From a virus, in the IMG/VR virus record IMGVR_UViG_3300044835_000040, positions 1 through 64,000 of that record: a stretch of DNA of 64,000 nt; one strand, written 5' to 3'. Positions 20,125-31,300 of this stretch are shown piece by piece. A model generated the notes under the pieces. The model saw nothing but the letters and a program-made list of their open reading frames with translations. It did not search any database and had not been told where the DNA came from. Position 1 is the first letter of the stretch; each line of letters starts with the position of its first letter. The translations under genes were made by a program, and so were the position numbers.

Positions 20125-20659
20125 TCTTCCGCTGTGGGTAGGCGCCAGCGTGGACCGGGTACGAGACGAGCGATCAAGAATCGCGATCTCGGGATCCCGC
20201 CGGAGCTGGTCAAGGCGGGCTTCGACAAGCACACGCTGGACCTGATGAACGAGGAGTCCAAGCGCCAGTTCAATCTCGGCGTCGGCGTCCTCGTGCAGGA
20301 GCGCGAGCGTGCTGAGCAGCTGCTGAAGTCCTTCGATCACGAACGCTGGTGGCAGAAGCTCGTGCCCGCCAGGGTCTTCGCGTTCAGGCGCGCCCGCTCG
20401 GACTATCACTTCTGGCATGGACGGCTCGCAGCCGTCTCCAAGGCTGTAGCGGACGCGCGGTTCGGCTAGCGCCGACCGCCGGGACTGGAGGAGCAGATGC
20501 ATGTGAGCGGAGCGTTGTCAGTTCGGGGAGAGCAGATCGTCAGGCAGAGCGACGGGGTGCCCTGCCTCGCGTATGCCGTCTATGACTCCGAGGACCGTCT
20601 GGTCCATGCGGCAGTCTGTGACGCTGACGAGGCGGATCGGATCGAGCGGGAGGTGCGGG

Positions 20660-21013
20660 ATGGAGCAGTACACAGCGAGCATTGAGGCGAACGCTCCGGG
20701 TGACCCGGAGATCGCTGCGGAAAGACTGGATGACGCGCTTCGCGAGGCGGCGCCCGACGGCGGCTACACCGTCAGGCTGGACGATGAGCGCGGGATGGTC
20801 GCGATCGAGCTGGGCGTGGAGGGCGACAACGCGATCGAGGCTCACGACGTAGCGATCCGCTCGTGGAGTGGCGCGTGGGACGTGGCGTTCCCCGAGGGGG
20901 AGCTGCCGACGAAGTGGGCGATGCGGATCGTGCAGGGCACGGTCGCGGCGGCGGCGCCGGTTCCGGCGGGCGTCGACCCGCTCGATGATCTCGGCGACGA
21001 CGCGCCGCGATGA
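20660..21013 (+). CDS. Hypothetical protein
   Basis: GGAGGTGCGGGATG start motif. Confidence 0.55.
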   Translation: MEQYTASIEANAPGDPEIAAERLDDALREAAPDGGYTVRLDDERGMVAIELGVEGDNAIEAHDVAIRSWSGAWDVAFPEGELPTKWAMRIVQGTVAAAAPVPAGVDPLDDLGDDAPR

Positions 21014-21197
21014 AGCGGCTGCTCGTGAAGTACGGGCCGTGGCTGACGGTCCTGTTCTTGCTCTGGCGCCAGGAGACGCTGGAGACGGCCGTGGAAAAGT
21101 TCGCGGTCACGACGGCTGACACGATGGAGACAGCGATCCGTGAGTTCGGGGAGCGCGTGTCGATCGCGGTCGGCGATGCGCGCGGCGAGGAGGACTG

Positions 21198-21593
21198 ATG
21201 GGCGCCGCGGTGTCGATCGTGATCATCGCGATACTGGCGGTCCTGTGCGTGGTGCTGGTCCGTCGCCGCGACCGGATGCGGCAGCTGCTCGAACAGATGG
21301 AGAACCCGACGGTCCGTATCAGCGTGCCGCCGGAGGAGCTGCAGGGGCTCCCGCTCGCGGGCACGATGGGGCGCCGGGACCGGCCGGGCACGCTGCTGCT
21401 GTACGCGTCGCGGGGCGAGGACTACATCGACGTGATCGGCGTCTCCGACAGCGACGGCGGGATCCGCTTCATGGCTGGCTACCGACCCGAGGAGCTGCCG
21501 AAGGACATCGAGGACGCGATGGCGCGCGGTGTGCCGTACGGGCCGCAGAAGGGCGCGACGTTGCAGCCGACGCTGAGGAAGCCGCGGGCATGA
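21198..21593 (+). CDS. Membrane-anchored hypothetical protein
   Basis: N-terminal TM segment followed by RRR. Confidence 0.55.
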   Translation: MGAAVSIVIIAILAVLCVVLVRRRDRMRQLLEQMENPTVRISVPPEELQGLPLAGTMGRRDRPGTLLLYASRGEDYIDVIGVSDSDGGIRFMAGYRPEELPKDIEDAMARGVPYGPQKGATLQPTLRKPRA

Positions 21594-22177
21594 GTGAGTG
21601 GAGCGACGCGCAGGGCTGGGAGGCGAGCTGGTGGGGGGACTGCACGAACACGTTCCACGAGGAGCAGAAGCAGCTCGTCTACGCGCACCGGATGGGACTG
21701 GAAGCGCTCGCTGACGGCGGCCGCTGGCCGGTCTTCGACCTGGACGGTACGAGCGTGCTCGATCTCGGCGGCGGCCCGGTCTCGCTGCTGCTGAAGTCCC
21801 GTGGCCGTGGTGACCGTCGGCACGTCGTCGTCGACCCCGGCGCCTACCCGGAGTGGGTCCGTGAGCGCTACAAGCTGAAGGGCATCAAGTGGTCCCAGAA
21901 GCCCGCTGAGGACTACGACGCTGGCGGCCGCTTCGATGAGGTGTGGATCTACAACGTGCTTCAGCATGTCCGGGAGCCGAGCGCTGTGATCAGGACCGCG
22001 CAGAAGCACGCCAGCCGGATCCGCATCTTCGAGTGGGTCGACACCGGCACGAACATCGGCCACCCGCACAACCTGACGCGGCAGCTGCTCGATAGGCTGC
22101 TCGGCGAGGCGGGGGTCGTGGAGCAGCTGAACGAGAGCGGCTGCGTCGGCAAGGCGTACTACTCGACCGTCGGCTGA
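21590..22177 (+). CDS. Class I SAM-dependent methyltransferase
   Basis: VLDLGGGP motif I, VVVDP, FDEVWIYNVLQHV. Confidence 0.8.
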   Translation: MSEWSDAQGWEASWWGDCTNTFHEEQKQLVYAHRMGLEALADGGRWPVFDLDGTSVLDLGGGPVSLLLKSRGRGDRRHVVVDPGAYPEWVRERYKLKGIKWSQKPAEDYDAGGRFDEVWIYNVLQHVREPSAVIRTAQKHASRIRIFEWVDTGTNIGHPHNLTRQLLDRLLGEAGVVEQLNESGCVGKAYYSTVG

Positions 22178-22767
22178 TGCTCCACGCTTTCGACATCGAC
22201 GGAACCCTCGTGAGATCGTTCCTGCGGGAGGGCGCGCCGCTAGCGGACTTCGATCTCGTCGAGCTGCTGGAGCATCGCCGAGGGGTGCTGGTCGAGACCA
22301 GGGAGCACGCGAGGCGCGCGAGCATCGCGTGCCCGATGGTGCTGGTGACGAATCAGGGCGGTGTCGCGCTCGGCTACCAGAGCGAACAGCAGGTCGCGGA
22401 GAAGATCCGCCGGGTCCGTGAAGCGCTCGGCTGGACGTGGGCGATCACCGACGTGATCAAGACGCGCCCGCTGCTCGGGATCGACTACTTCGGCACGCCG
22501 TGGCCGATGAAGACGGTCGCCGATGCGCAGCCGGTGGCGTACGTGTCGTTCGGGATGTCCAGCTCGCGTGCGGTGGACAGCCGGTATTGGGTCCCGGAGC
22601 TGGACGAGTGGCGCAAGCCGGGGCCGGGGATGCTGCTGCAGGCGATGCACGACTTCAACGCGCTGCCGGAGGACACGCTGTTCATCGGCGACATGGAGAC
22701 CGACCTGGAGGCCGCGCGTCGCGCGGGCTGCGGCTACATGCACGCGCGGGACTTCTTCGGATGCTGA
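22177..22767 (+). CDS. HAD-IIIA phosphatase (GmhB/PNKP-like)
   Basis: FDIDGTL, VTNQGG, RKPGPGM, FIGDMETD. Confidence 0.88.
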   Translation: MLHAFDIDGTLVRSFLREGAPLADFDLVELLEHRRGVLVETREHARRASIACPMVLVTNQGGVALGYQSEQQVAEKIRRVREALGWTWAITDVIKTRPLLGIDYFGTPWPMKTVADAQPVAYVSFGMSSSRAVDSRYWVPELDEWRKPGPGMLLQAMHDFNALPEDTLFIGDMETDLEAARRAGCGYMHARDFFGC

Positions 22768-22932
22768 GCCTGATGGGCTGGGACATCGTGGCGGGCACGA
22801 TCGCGGGCGTCGTGTTCGCGGCGATCGATTGGCACATCGTCGCCATAAAGCAGTGGCTGCGCGAGGAGCATCGCGCGTGGTGTCGCGCGCTCGAACACTG
22901 GGGCGAGTGGACACCACCGCTACGGTGAGTGT

Positions 22933-24789
22933 GTGTCGGGTCTAGGGCTGAGGCGAGGAACCCGGCAGCCGCGTCTGACGGAGACCAGCGCGCGGCGGGA
23001 ACGGGCGCGCAAGAAGCAAGAGGTCCACGCGAAGATGCCGTTCAAGCCGTGGGCGGTGCAGATCCGCGAGGCGCAGACCGGCACGCTCGACTTCCGCCGG
23101 TTCCCCTACCTGAGCGAGATCTACGAGGTCTCCGGCAAGGTGCCAAACGCGGTCTACGAGAAGGGCACGCAGGTGGGCCTGTCGACGCTCGCGCTTCGCT
23201 GGGCGCTGTGGGTCGCGGGAGAGATGGCGGGCACGGTGATGTACGTCTTCCCGACGCTCGACACCGTGTACAAGTTCTCCGACCAGCGCGTCAAACCGGT
23301 CATCAGGAACAGCGAATACCTGCGGGAAAAGATGGCCTTCGACGACCCTGACAACAAGGGACTGAAGAAGGTCGGCGACGGCTACATCTACTTCGTCGGC
23401 TCGCGCTCGGTGAGCGAACTGGACTCGGTGCCCGCGAACGCGCTCGTGCTCGACGAGTACGACGAGCTGGCGCAGATCAACATCCCCGTGGTGCTGCGTC
23501 GTGTCGGCGCCGCGGAAAACCCGATGATCCGCTACGTCGGCGTGCCGACTCTCGACAACTACGGCATCGACCAGGAGTACCGCACGACCGACATGCGCCG
23601 CTGGCACGTGCACTGCGAGATCTGCGGGCACTGGCAGACGGTGAGCTGGGCGAACATCCGCTACGACGAGCTGGCGCCCGGCTCGATGGAATATCACGTC
23701 GAACGCGTCTGCTTGCAGTGCGGCCGCGAGCTGGACGTGAAGCGCGGCGAGTGGGTCGCGGAGTTCCCCGACCGGACGCGGATAGGGTTCCATATCCCGC
23801 GTTTGATCGTCCCGAGCGCGAACCTGAACGAGGTGGTGAAGGGCAGGATGAGCGACAAGGAGGCCGAGAAACGAGCGCACTTCAATCGTGATCTCGCGGA
23901 GCCGTTCGAGACGCCGGAGTCGCGGCTGTCGGGGATGGCGATCGAGAGCTGCCGTCGGCAGGGCATCCGGCTGGCTGAGAGCTACGTCGGTTTCAACTGG
24001 GTCACGATGGGCATCGACGTGTCGACGACGCGCGGGCTGCACGTCAGGATCAGCGAGCACCTGAACCGCCAGGAAAAGCGGGTGCTGTGGGTCGGGCTGG
24101 TCGACTCGATCCCGACGGCCAACCCTGAGCAGCCGGATGAATCGGCGCTTCGCAGGCTCGCGCAGCTGATGCGCGACTACAAGGTGCACATGGCGGTGAT
24201 CGACCATCTGCCTGACGGCATGTTCTCGAAGGCGTTCTGCGCTGCGCATCCGGGCCGCGCGTACATGGTCGCCTACAACACCGACTACCGGGCGCGCGAG
24301 GACATCAAGATCCCGAAGCCCAACACGACGGACCTGCTCGTGGTGGTGAAGCGCGCGGAGTGGATCACGCTGACGCTGGACCTGTTCCGCCGCCAGCACA
24401 ACCTGCTGCCGATGGACGACGTGCTCCCGAAGGGGATGGAGGGCAAGACCTACCAGGAACATCTCCGCAATATCGTCAAGGAGCGCAAGACCGACCAGAT
24501 CGGCCGTGAGTACTACGGCTACCGGGAGACGGGGCCTGAAGACTTCCTGCAGGCCGAGGTCTACGACTGCGTGGCGACGCGGGTGCTCGAACAGCGACTG
24601 ATGGAGAAGGCGGTGATGGTGAGCGTCGGGCGCGAGACGGAGGTCGCGGCGCCCGATCCGACCCCGAACCTCTCTGACTGGGATGGCGATCCCGTGCGGC
24701 AGGATTCGCAGCGTCCGTGGGAGGGCACGTACAGCCAGGATTGGGAGCAGAGCGACGGCGGCGACTACCGGCCATTCGGCGAGGACTGA
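22933..24789 (+). CDS. Terminase large subunit (lambda GpA family)
   Basis: PYLSEI, KGTQVGLST (Walker A-like), LVLDEYDE, PT, CxxC..CxxC insert, nuclease MGIDV. Confidence 0.9.
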   Translation: MSGLGLRRGTRQPRLTETSARRERARKKQEVHAKMPFKPWAVQIREAQTGTLDFRRFPYLSEIYEVSGKVPNAVYEKGTQVGLSTLALRWALWVAGEMAGTVMYVFPTLDTVYKFSDQRVKPVIRNSEYLREKMAFDDPDNKGLKKVGDGYIYFVGSRSVSELDSVPANALVLDEYDELAQINIPVVLRRVGAAENPMIRYVGVPTLDNYGIDQEYRTTDMRRWHVHCEICGHWQTVSWANIRYDELAPGSMEYHVERVCLQCGRELDVKRGEWVAEFPDRTRIGFHIPRLIVPSANLNEVVKGRMSDKEAEKRAHFNRDLAEPFETPESRLSGMAIESCRRQGIRLAESYVGFNWVTMGIDVSTTRGLHVRISEHLNRQEKRVLWVGLVDSIPTANPEQPDESALRRLAQLMRDYKVHMAVIDHLPDGMFSKAFCAAHPGRAYMVAYNTDYRAREDIKIPKPNTTDLLVVVKRAEWITLTLDLFRRQHNLLPMDDVLPKGMEGKTYQEHLRNIVKERKTDQIGREYYGYRETGPEDFLQAEVYDCVATRVLEQRLMEKAVMVSVGRETEVAAPDPTPNLSDWDGDPVRQDSQRPWEGTYSQDWEQSDGGDYRPFGED

Positions 24790-24980
24790 TGGCGGCACCG
24801 GACGAGGAGGAGCTGCGCCGGGTCGAGGCGCTGCGAGACGCGGAGCGCGCTCGCGCGAAACGGATCGAGGAGATCGCGCGTCAGCAGCTCGCGGCGATCA
24901 ACGGCCGCAAGAAGCAGGAGAAGGCCCGCAGGCTGGCGCGCAAGCAGCAGCGTCAGAGCCGCAAGCGCAACCGGTGATCG

Positions 24981-25013
24981 TGACGATAGGAGACCGGTCT
25001 TAGCCTTCGGGGC
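24981..25013 (+). promoter_or_regulatory. Class-ii leaderless promoter TGACGATAGGA-N9-TAGCCT
   Basis: -10 box ends 7 nt before GTG 25014; motif recurs before other virion genes. Confidence 0.65.
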
Positions 25014-25295
25014 GTGGTCAAGCGCGTCTCGATCAAAACGGGGGAATCGGCGAAGCCGGTGATCCCGCCCGAAGGCGAATCGATCACCGGGACCAACGAA
25101 TTCACGATCCTGAACACGCACGCGACGGCGACGGTCGAACTGGTCGACTCGACGGGCGGCGCGTTCGGGTCGGGGTATCCACTGGCGCCGGGCGCGTCGT
25201 GGAGCGGCACGTGCGCGGCGACCACGAAACTGTACGTCGTCACGAACAGCGCGGCGGCGGTGAGCGTCGCGATCATCGGCGTGCCGGTGACGTAG
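25014..25295 (+). CDS. Small beta-rich virion protein
   Basis: First gene of the fibre cluster; Thr/Ala/Gly-rich. Confidence 0.6.
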   Translation: MVKRVSIKTGESAKPVIPPEGESITGTNEFTILNTHATATVELVDSTGGAFGSGYPLAPGASWSGTCAATTKLYVVTNSAAAVSVAIIGVPVT

Positions 25296-26762
25296 GTGTA
25301 CACGGTCCCGCCGAGCACGGCGGTCGCGGCTGAGCAAGCTCGCGCCACGGGCGAAGAGGCCGCGCGGCTCGTCGCAGCGAGCAACCTGACGGATGTGCCG
25401 TCGAAGGGCGCGGCTCGGCGAGCGCTCGAAGTCACGGAGCTGAGTCCCGCGGCGGCGGTAGCGACTGCGAACATCGCGTCGCTGTCGGGGCTGCAGACGG
25501 TCGACGGCTACACGCTGCTCGCCGGGGACGTGGTGCTGCTCACCGGCCAGTCGACGAAAGCGCAGAACGGGCCGTGGGTCGCGGCTGCTGGCGCTTGGAC
25601 TCGCCCCTCGGACTTCGCGACGGGCGCTTCGGTCGGCGCGCGAGTGATCAAGGTCCTGCACGGCACCTCCCACGAACACGACCAGTGGATCACCCAGCCC
25701 TCGTCACCGATCGTCGTCGACACCGGCAACTCGACGTGGGGCACGTTCACGCCGACGAGCGCGACCGGCGCGACCGGACCGTCTGGCGCGACGGGCGCGC
25801 AAGGCGCGACGGGCGTCGGCGGTACGGCCGGGGCCACGGGATCGGCAGGCATCGGGGCTACTGGCTCTGCTGGCCCGGCTGGCGCCACGGGCGCTACCGG
25901 ATCCGGTGCTACCGGCACACAGGGGCCGCAGGGCGCCACCGGCCCCGGAGGGCCTGCTGGCGCGACGGGCACGCAGGGAGCGACCGGCATACCGGGCTCC
26001 GCGGCGTCGCAGGGAGCGACCGGAGCGGTCGGCCCGACGGGTCCTGCGGGCGCGACCGGGGCAGGCACGACCGGCGCGACCGGTGTGAACGGCATCGTCG
26101 GCGCGACCGGCGCAAACGGCGCGACGGGCACGACCGGCGCGACGGGCACGACCGGCGCGACGGGCGCTGTTGGCGCGACGGGCAAGGGCGCGTACAAAGC
26201 GGCGACGGCCTACGCCGTGAACGACACCGTGACCAACGCAGGCTCGTGGTATCGGGTCATCAAAGCGATGACGACGGGAGAAAACGTCGCGCCGCCGAAC
26301 GCCACGTTCTACGAACCTCTCGCCGAAAAGGGAGCGACCGGCGTCACTGGGGCGACGGGCACGGCAGGCACCGCGGGAGCGACCGGTGTCGGCGCGCAGG
26401 GCGCGACCGGCCCCGTCGGGACGACCGGCACGACAGGAGCGACCGGACCGGAAGGCACGACGGTCACCCGCAACGAACAGACCGCGGATTACACGCTGAT
26501 CCTGACCGATGCCGGGAAGGTCATCGTGCTGAACAAAGCGACCGCGATCAAACTGACGGTCCCGACGAACGCGACGGTGGCGTTCCCGGTCGGCACGGTG
26601 ATCGAGTTCGTCCAGAAGGGCGCGGGCCAGGGCGAACTGGTCGCCGCGGCGGGCGTCACGATCAGGACGCCGAGCAGCCTGACGACGAGGACGCAATGGT
26701 CGAGCGGCGGGCTGCGCAAGGAAGCGACTGACGAATGGGTCGCGTCGGGTGACCTGACGTGA
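25296..26762 (+). CDS. Collagen-like fibre protein
   Basis: N-terminal [27 protein letters not shown] fibre domain; Gly-X-Y (GAT) repeats; CBM5/12-like [14 protein letters not shown]; C-terminal FPVGT..WVASGDL domain. Confidence 0.85.
   Translation: MYTVPPSTAVAAEQARATGEEAARLVAASNLTDVPSKGAARRALEVTELSPAAAVATANIASLSGLQTVDGYTLLAGDVVLLTGQSTKAQNGPWVAAAGAWTRPSDFATGASVGARVIKVLHGTSHEHDQWITQPSSPIVVDTGNSTWGTFTPTSATGATGPSGATGAQGATGVGGTAGATGSAGIGATGSAGPAGATGATGSGATGTQGPQGATGPGGPAGATGTQGATGIPGSAASQGATGAVGPTGPAGATGAGTTGATGVNGIVGATGANGATGTTGATGTTGATGAVGATGKGAYKAATAYAVNDTVTNAGSWYRVIKAMTTGENVAPPNATFYEPLAEKGATGVTGATGTAGTAGATGVGAQGATGPVGTTGTTGATGPEGTTVTRNEQTADYTLILTDAGKVIVLNKATAIKLTVPTNATVAFPVGTVIEFVQKGAGQGELVAAAGVTIRTPSSLTTRTQWSSGGLRKEATDEWVASGDLT
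25767..26455 (+). repeat. GGCGCGACN (Gly-Ala-Thr) collagen-coding repeats in two blocks
   Basis: Tandem 9-nt-period repeats inside the fibre gene. Confidence 0.8.
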
Positions 26763-28234
26763 TCGCGACGGCGAGGAGGGCGCTCGCCGTTAGCCGCAAG
26801 CGCACAGGCGGTGAAGGTGCCATCGCGACCCTGCTCGGGTCAGAAGCGACGCAGACGACGGCGCACGCGACGACCACGAACAAACCCGAAGCGTTCCAGT
26901 TCACGGCATCGGCGACGGGCGTCATCGAAGAAATCGTGCTGGAGACGAACGGGACCGCGAACACGGGGGTCACGGAAGTCCTGCTCGGCGTTCAGGGGCA
27001 GGAAACCCCGACAGCGGCGAAACCAGTGGCTGCGATGACGTTCGCTAGGGCGTTCCTGGGCGCGCCGGGCACGAACGTGAAACTGACGGCGGCAGGGCTG
27101 AGGTGTCCAGTCATAGCGGGCGGTGTTTACCATCTCGTCGTTCTCTCCCTCGGCGCGCCGTTGCACTTCAACATTGCTGGCGGGACCGGCTCGAACGTAC
27201 GGATCGGATCCGGGACGATGTGGAGCAATTCGTGGGGTGCGGCGAAAGCGGAAGGCCCAGCGAAGATGTACGCGCGCGGCAAAACGCCGGGGACGAGCAA
27301 GGCGCTGATCTTCGGCGTGCAGAACAGCCAGAACCACTCGTCGTTCTGGGTGCCCAAACACTGCTACGTGCAGAGGGGTCTCTTCACCGAGACGAATCTC
27401 GCCGAAGCGGGCGAAGAGAGCCCGGCGGAACTGTCGGCGGAAATCGGGACGACGCTCGCGGCCGGGTTCCACTATCCGATCGTCCTGCTCGATGCCCAGA
27501 AACTACTCTCGGAAGTCAACGCCACGACGTTCGCCGAAAAGGCCGCGGCCATGATCAAAAGGATCCGCGAAGACCACCCGTCGGTGACGCTGTTCGAGAT
27601 CATCAACGAGCCGCAGGGCAAGGGGCCGCATGGCTCCAATGCGGGGGACTACGCCAACATCGTGAAGGCGGTCATCGAAAAGTGCAAAGCCGAAGGCATC
27701 ACGGGCGCGGAATTCCTGATCACGGCCAGCGGCGACTATCAGAAGAAGAACAGCCTCGGTGAAAACATCCCGACGTTCTCGACGCTGCCCAACGAAGAAG
27801 GATGGGTCCACGACATGTTCGCGGCGCAGCCGTCGCTGAAGGCCGGGGGCGCCAACGAAATCAAAGCGTGGGTCACGCACAACTACGGCCGCGCTGCTGA
27901 AATCACGCACGAAACGCAAGGCGGCTTCGCGGCGGGCATCGCGATCCGCGAATCGGTGATCTTCAACGGTGGTGGGGGCTACAACAACTGGTTCATGACG
28001 GAGATGGGCTTCGCGAACACCGGGACTGCGTCCGGCCGCAACGTCGCCAGCGAAACGGAACAGAACACCTGCACGAAAGAATACGTCGAACTGGCGATGC
28101 TGGCCGCCGAAGCTGGCTGGCTGACGCTGCTGAACATCTACGCTGACGGCGAAGGCGAAGCGCAGTGGCAGGTGTACGGGAAGACGGCGGGGACGACGTT
28201 CGGCGCCTTCGCGCTCGAACGCGGCAAGTCCTAG
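26759..28234 (+). CDS. Virion-associated glycoside hydrolase (clan GH-A-like), putative depolymerase/receptor-binding protein
   Basis: FEIINEP (acid/base), VTHNYG, WFMTEMG (nucleophile); coupled to the fibre gene. Confidence 0.7.
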   Translation: MIATARRALAVSRKRTGGEGAIATLLGSEATQTTAHATTTNKPEAFQFTASATGVIEEIVLETNGTANTGVTEVLLGVQGQETPTAAKPVAAMTFARAFLGAPGTNVKLTAAGLRCPVIAGGVYHLVVLSLGAPLHFNIAGGTGSNVRIGSGTMWSNSWGAAKAEGPAKMYARGKTPGTSKALIFGVQNSQNHSSFWVPKHCYVQRGLFTETNLAEAGEESPAELSAEIGTTLAAGFHYPIVLLDAQKLLSEVNATTFAEKAAAMIKRIREDHPSVTLFEIINEPQGKGPHGSNAGDYANIVKAVIEKCKAEGITGAEFLITASGDYQKKNSLGENIPTFSTLPNEEGWVHDMFAAQPSLKAGGANEIKAWVTHNYGRAAEITHETQGGFAAGIAIRESVIFNGGGGYNNWFMTEMGFANTGTASGRNVASETEQNTCTKEYVELAMLAAEAGWLTLLNIYADGEGEAQWQVYGKTAGTTFGAFALERGKS

Positions 28235-28294
28235 ACACAGCGACCATCGGTCGCTATACTCCGTCTCGCAACCGATTGATGGAGGTGCGAGATG
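28232..28294 (+). promoter_or_regulatory. Class-i header: TAGACA-N17-TATACT with palindrome AGCGACCATCGGTCGCT (28239-28255) and GGAGGTGCGAGATG
   Basis: Read directly. Confidence 0.82.
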
Positions 28295-28387
28295 GGAATT
28301 CTGAAGACGCTGGTGCCGCCGCCGAAGGGCGACCCGATCGTGGTCCCGGTCGCGGCCGTGAAGATCGTGAAGACGCGCCGTGCCTAG
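28292..28387 (+). CDS. 31-aa leader ORF MGILKTLVPPPKGDPIVVPVAAVKIVKTRRA
   Basis: Uses the conserved start motif; its end overlaps the GTG of the 1011-aa gene. Confidence 0.55.
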   Translation: MGILKTLVPPPKGDPIVVPVAAVKIVKTRRA

Positions 28388-31300
28388 CTACGACGAGGAG
28401 ATGGACCAGCTCGCTGAGGAGATCGGCGAGCTGGCTGCTGAGGAGGCCGAGAAGGCGCAGGCGCTGGCGGTGAGCACTGAGAGCTTCACGCCGGAGTCGG
28501 TCGCTGCAGCGGAGACCGCGCTGCGCGGGGTGCAGCAGAGGATGGCGGGGAAGCAGAAGCAGCTCGCTCGCGTCGAGAAGGAGCTGCGTCAGGAGATCCG
28601 CGCGCGCGAGCAGCACATGCAGGAGGTGATGCACCGTACGAGCCGCGCGATCGACACCGCGATGGAGCCGATCAACAAGCTCGTCTCGAACCTGCAGGAG
28701 GGCCTGAAGACGATGGGCCTGTACCTCGGGCGCGGTGAGGAGATCGTCCCGATCCGGGAGGGCGAGAAGGCGCCCGCGGAGGAGACGATCTATGTCCGGC
28801 AGATGGTCCTCGCGATGGACGAGGAGACGGGGATCTTCGCCGAGGATGGCGGTATCGATGCGGATCGTGTCGAGGAGTTCGACCAGTGGCTGCTGGCCGA
28901 CGAGAAGCACGTCGCGCAGATCGTGCCGGAGACGAAGTGCGTGGTCGCAGTGGTGCCGCGCTGGCGTGAACGCAACGAGGAACGCCGCAGCAAGTCCGGC
29001 AACCCGGAGGACCAGCTGACGCACTTCATCATCCGCAACGGCGAGTGTCTGTACAGGACGAGCGTCGACTTCCATGCGGGCGATCACCTGATCCCGAAGG
29101 CCGACGAGTTCGCCGGGGTCTTCACCCGCCAGGGCGACGACGAGCCGATCCGGCCGAACACCCGCGAGTACGCGAAGGCGATGGAACAGACCGAGGGCAT
29201 CAGCCGTCGCTTCCTGCGCATCGGGCTGATCCTGCAGGGCCTGATCGACCGGACCGAGATCTTCGACCCGCTGCACCCGGCGGGCATCAACATGCTGGTC
29301 GACGCGGCCCGCCACCCGGAAAAGCTGCGGTTTGTGATGGACGGCGGCGAAGGCGCGCTCGATTCCGGCCAGCAGACGTTCAAGGAGTGGCAGGCCGAGA
29401 CCAACAAGCAGCTGCGTGTCGGGATGCGGATCGTCGGCGCGTTCGACGGCGAACTGTGGCGCGACGCGAACGTAGAAGGCTACGAACGGAACCGCAAACA
29501 GGGCGCGCGCGTGCACCCGAAAGGCTGGAACGCGCCGAACCCGAAGTCGGCCAAGCCCTACGTGCTGGAGACGATCGCGGAGTCGGGCTACAAGTTCCTG
29601 TTCGACCGCGGCACCGTCTACGACCGCTGGCGTGAACGTCCGGCCAAGCAGCGCGCGAGCTGCACCGTCTACGCCGAGGACGAGTTCATCATCGCCTACG
29701 ATCTCGCCGACGCGGCACTGATGCGTCGGTTCCTCGGCGACCGCCGCAACCGCCGCGACTACAAGCAGCTGTGGCCGCTGATCCGGTCGGTGATGACCGC
29801 CAAGGAAGCCGAGGAGGCCACGGAGGCGCCGTTCCGGCAGATGCTCGCGGGCGTGCTCGCGCGGGAGAACGGCGTGACGGTCGAGGACACCGAGAAGGCG
29901 GTGCCGGAGCTGATCCGCTGGTTCAAGCTGGGCAACCGCTACCACCGGCCGTTGACGCTCGATGACCTGGGCGACGTGGAGGACCACAAGACGCCGCGGG
30001 GCCGCAGTCGGAGTGACGCGCCGGAGCGCGAGCAGGTCGAGCGCGCGAAGGGTCGCCGCGAAGCTCACGAATCGAAGGCGGTCCGGCTGATCGTCGCCGA
30101 GCACAAGCGGCGCCTGAAGGACGCCGGGCGCAAGGTGGACGAGAAGCTGGTCGCTACGCTCGCGAGGACCTACCCGGCCTACCTGCTGATCGCGCGCACC
30201 CGTCAGGGCGAGTACGTGGTGGTGCTGCCCGAGGAGCCTGACCGCAACATCTACGTGCGCGAGATCCGCTTCAGCGCGAAGGGCGCGGAGCGCAGCGACA
30301 AACGCTGGCTGATGGTCGGTGCGCGGGGGAAGCAGTGGAGCACGATCCGTGAGAGCGAGCGCTGGGCCGACTGGGACCGCATGGCGAACCCTGTCGAGCA
30401 CATCACCGTCCCGGAGCGCGACGAGCTGGTCCGGCAGCTGACGAGCCGCAGCGCGCCGCGCGGGGAACAGCTGATCGGCGTGATCACGCAGAAAGGCGAC
30501 GCTGACGCGCAGATCGAACTGTGGACCGTGGACGACAACGGGTTCCTGGAGTTCTCCGCTGAGAACCCGCTGAAGGCGCGTCTGCACCGCGGGCCGGAAT
30601 TGCACTTCCACGGGGCGCGCTGGTCCAGGAAAGCGACGACGGCGCCGAAACTGAGCACCTACATGGATGGCGCGTACGTGACCGGCAGGTATGACCCGTG
30701 GGAGTCCAAGGAGGACAAGGCCAAACGGAAGAGTGAAACGCATCTCCGTCCGTGGGAGCAGGGCGGCCGCCGGGTGCTCTACCTCGACCGGGCGCTGGTC
30801 GACCGCTATGACCGGATGGTCGCGGACTGGGCCGACGCGGAGCGGTACTCGGACGGGGCGTGGAGCATGTACGGGCTGATCATGGCTCGGCTGCGCCGCG
30901 GCTGGGAGTCCACGCACGACACGTCGAAGGACTCGATGCCGAGCGCGCTGGAGGCGCACCGGCACTACTCCTCCGGTGCCGATGAGCAGCTGGAGGGCTC
31001 TATCGCGGAGGCGTTTGTGCGCGGCGAGCTGTACGACGGGATGCCGATCGAGGAGGTGTGGCAGCTCGCCGTAGGCCGGGGCATGATGGGCGCGTATGTG
31101 CCGGACAAGCGCATCAAGGGCATGTCCTCCTGGGAGGACGACGTACCCGCGCTGTTCCCCGAGGAAGTCGCAGGTCTGAAGATCGACCTGTCGCCTGCGT
31201 CGAAGGGGCTGGTCGCGAACGAAGGCGACGAGGAGCCGGGCGACGAGGAGCCGGACGACACGCCGGAGCTGGACGAGGACCAGCTGGACGCCGACGTGGC

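Noticed and set aside
25767-26455. Tandem repeats as a possible CRISPR array or VNTR
   Set aside because: They are 9-nt-period Gly-X-Y codons within an ORF, with no constant repeat/unique spacer structure and no cas genes.
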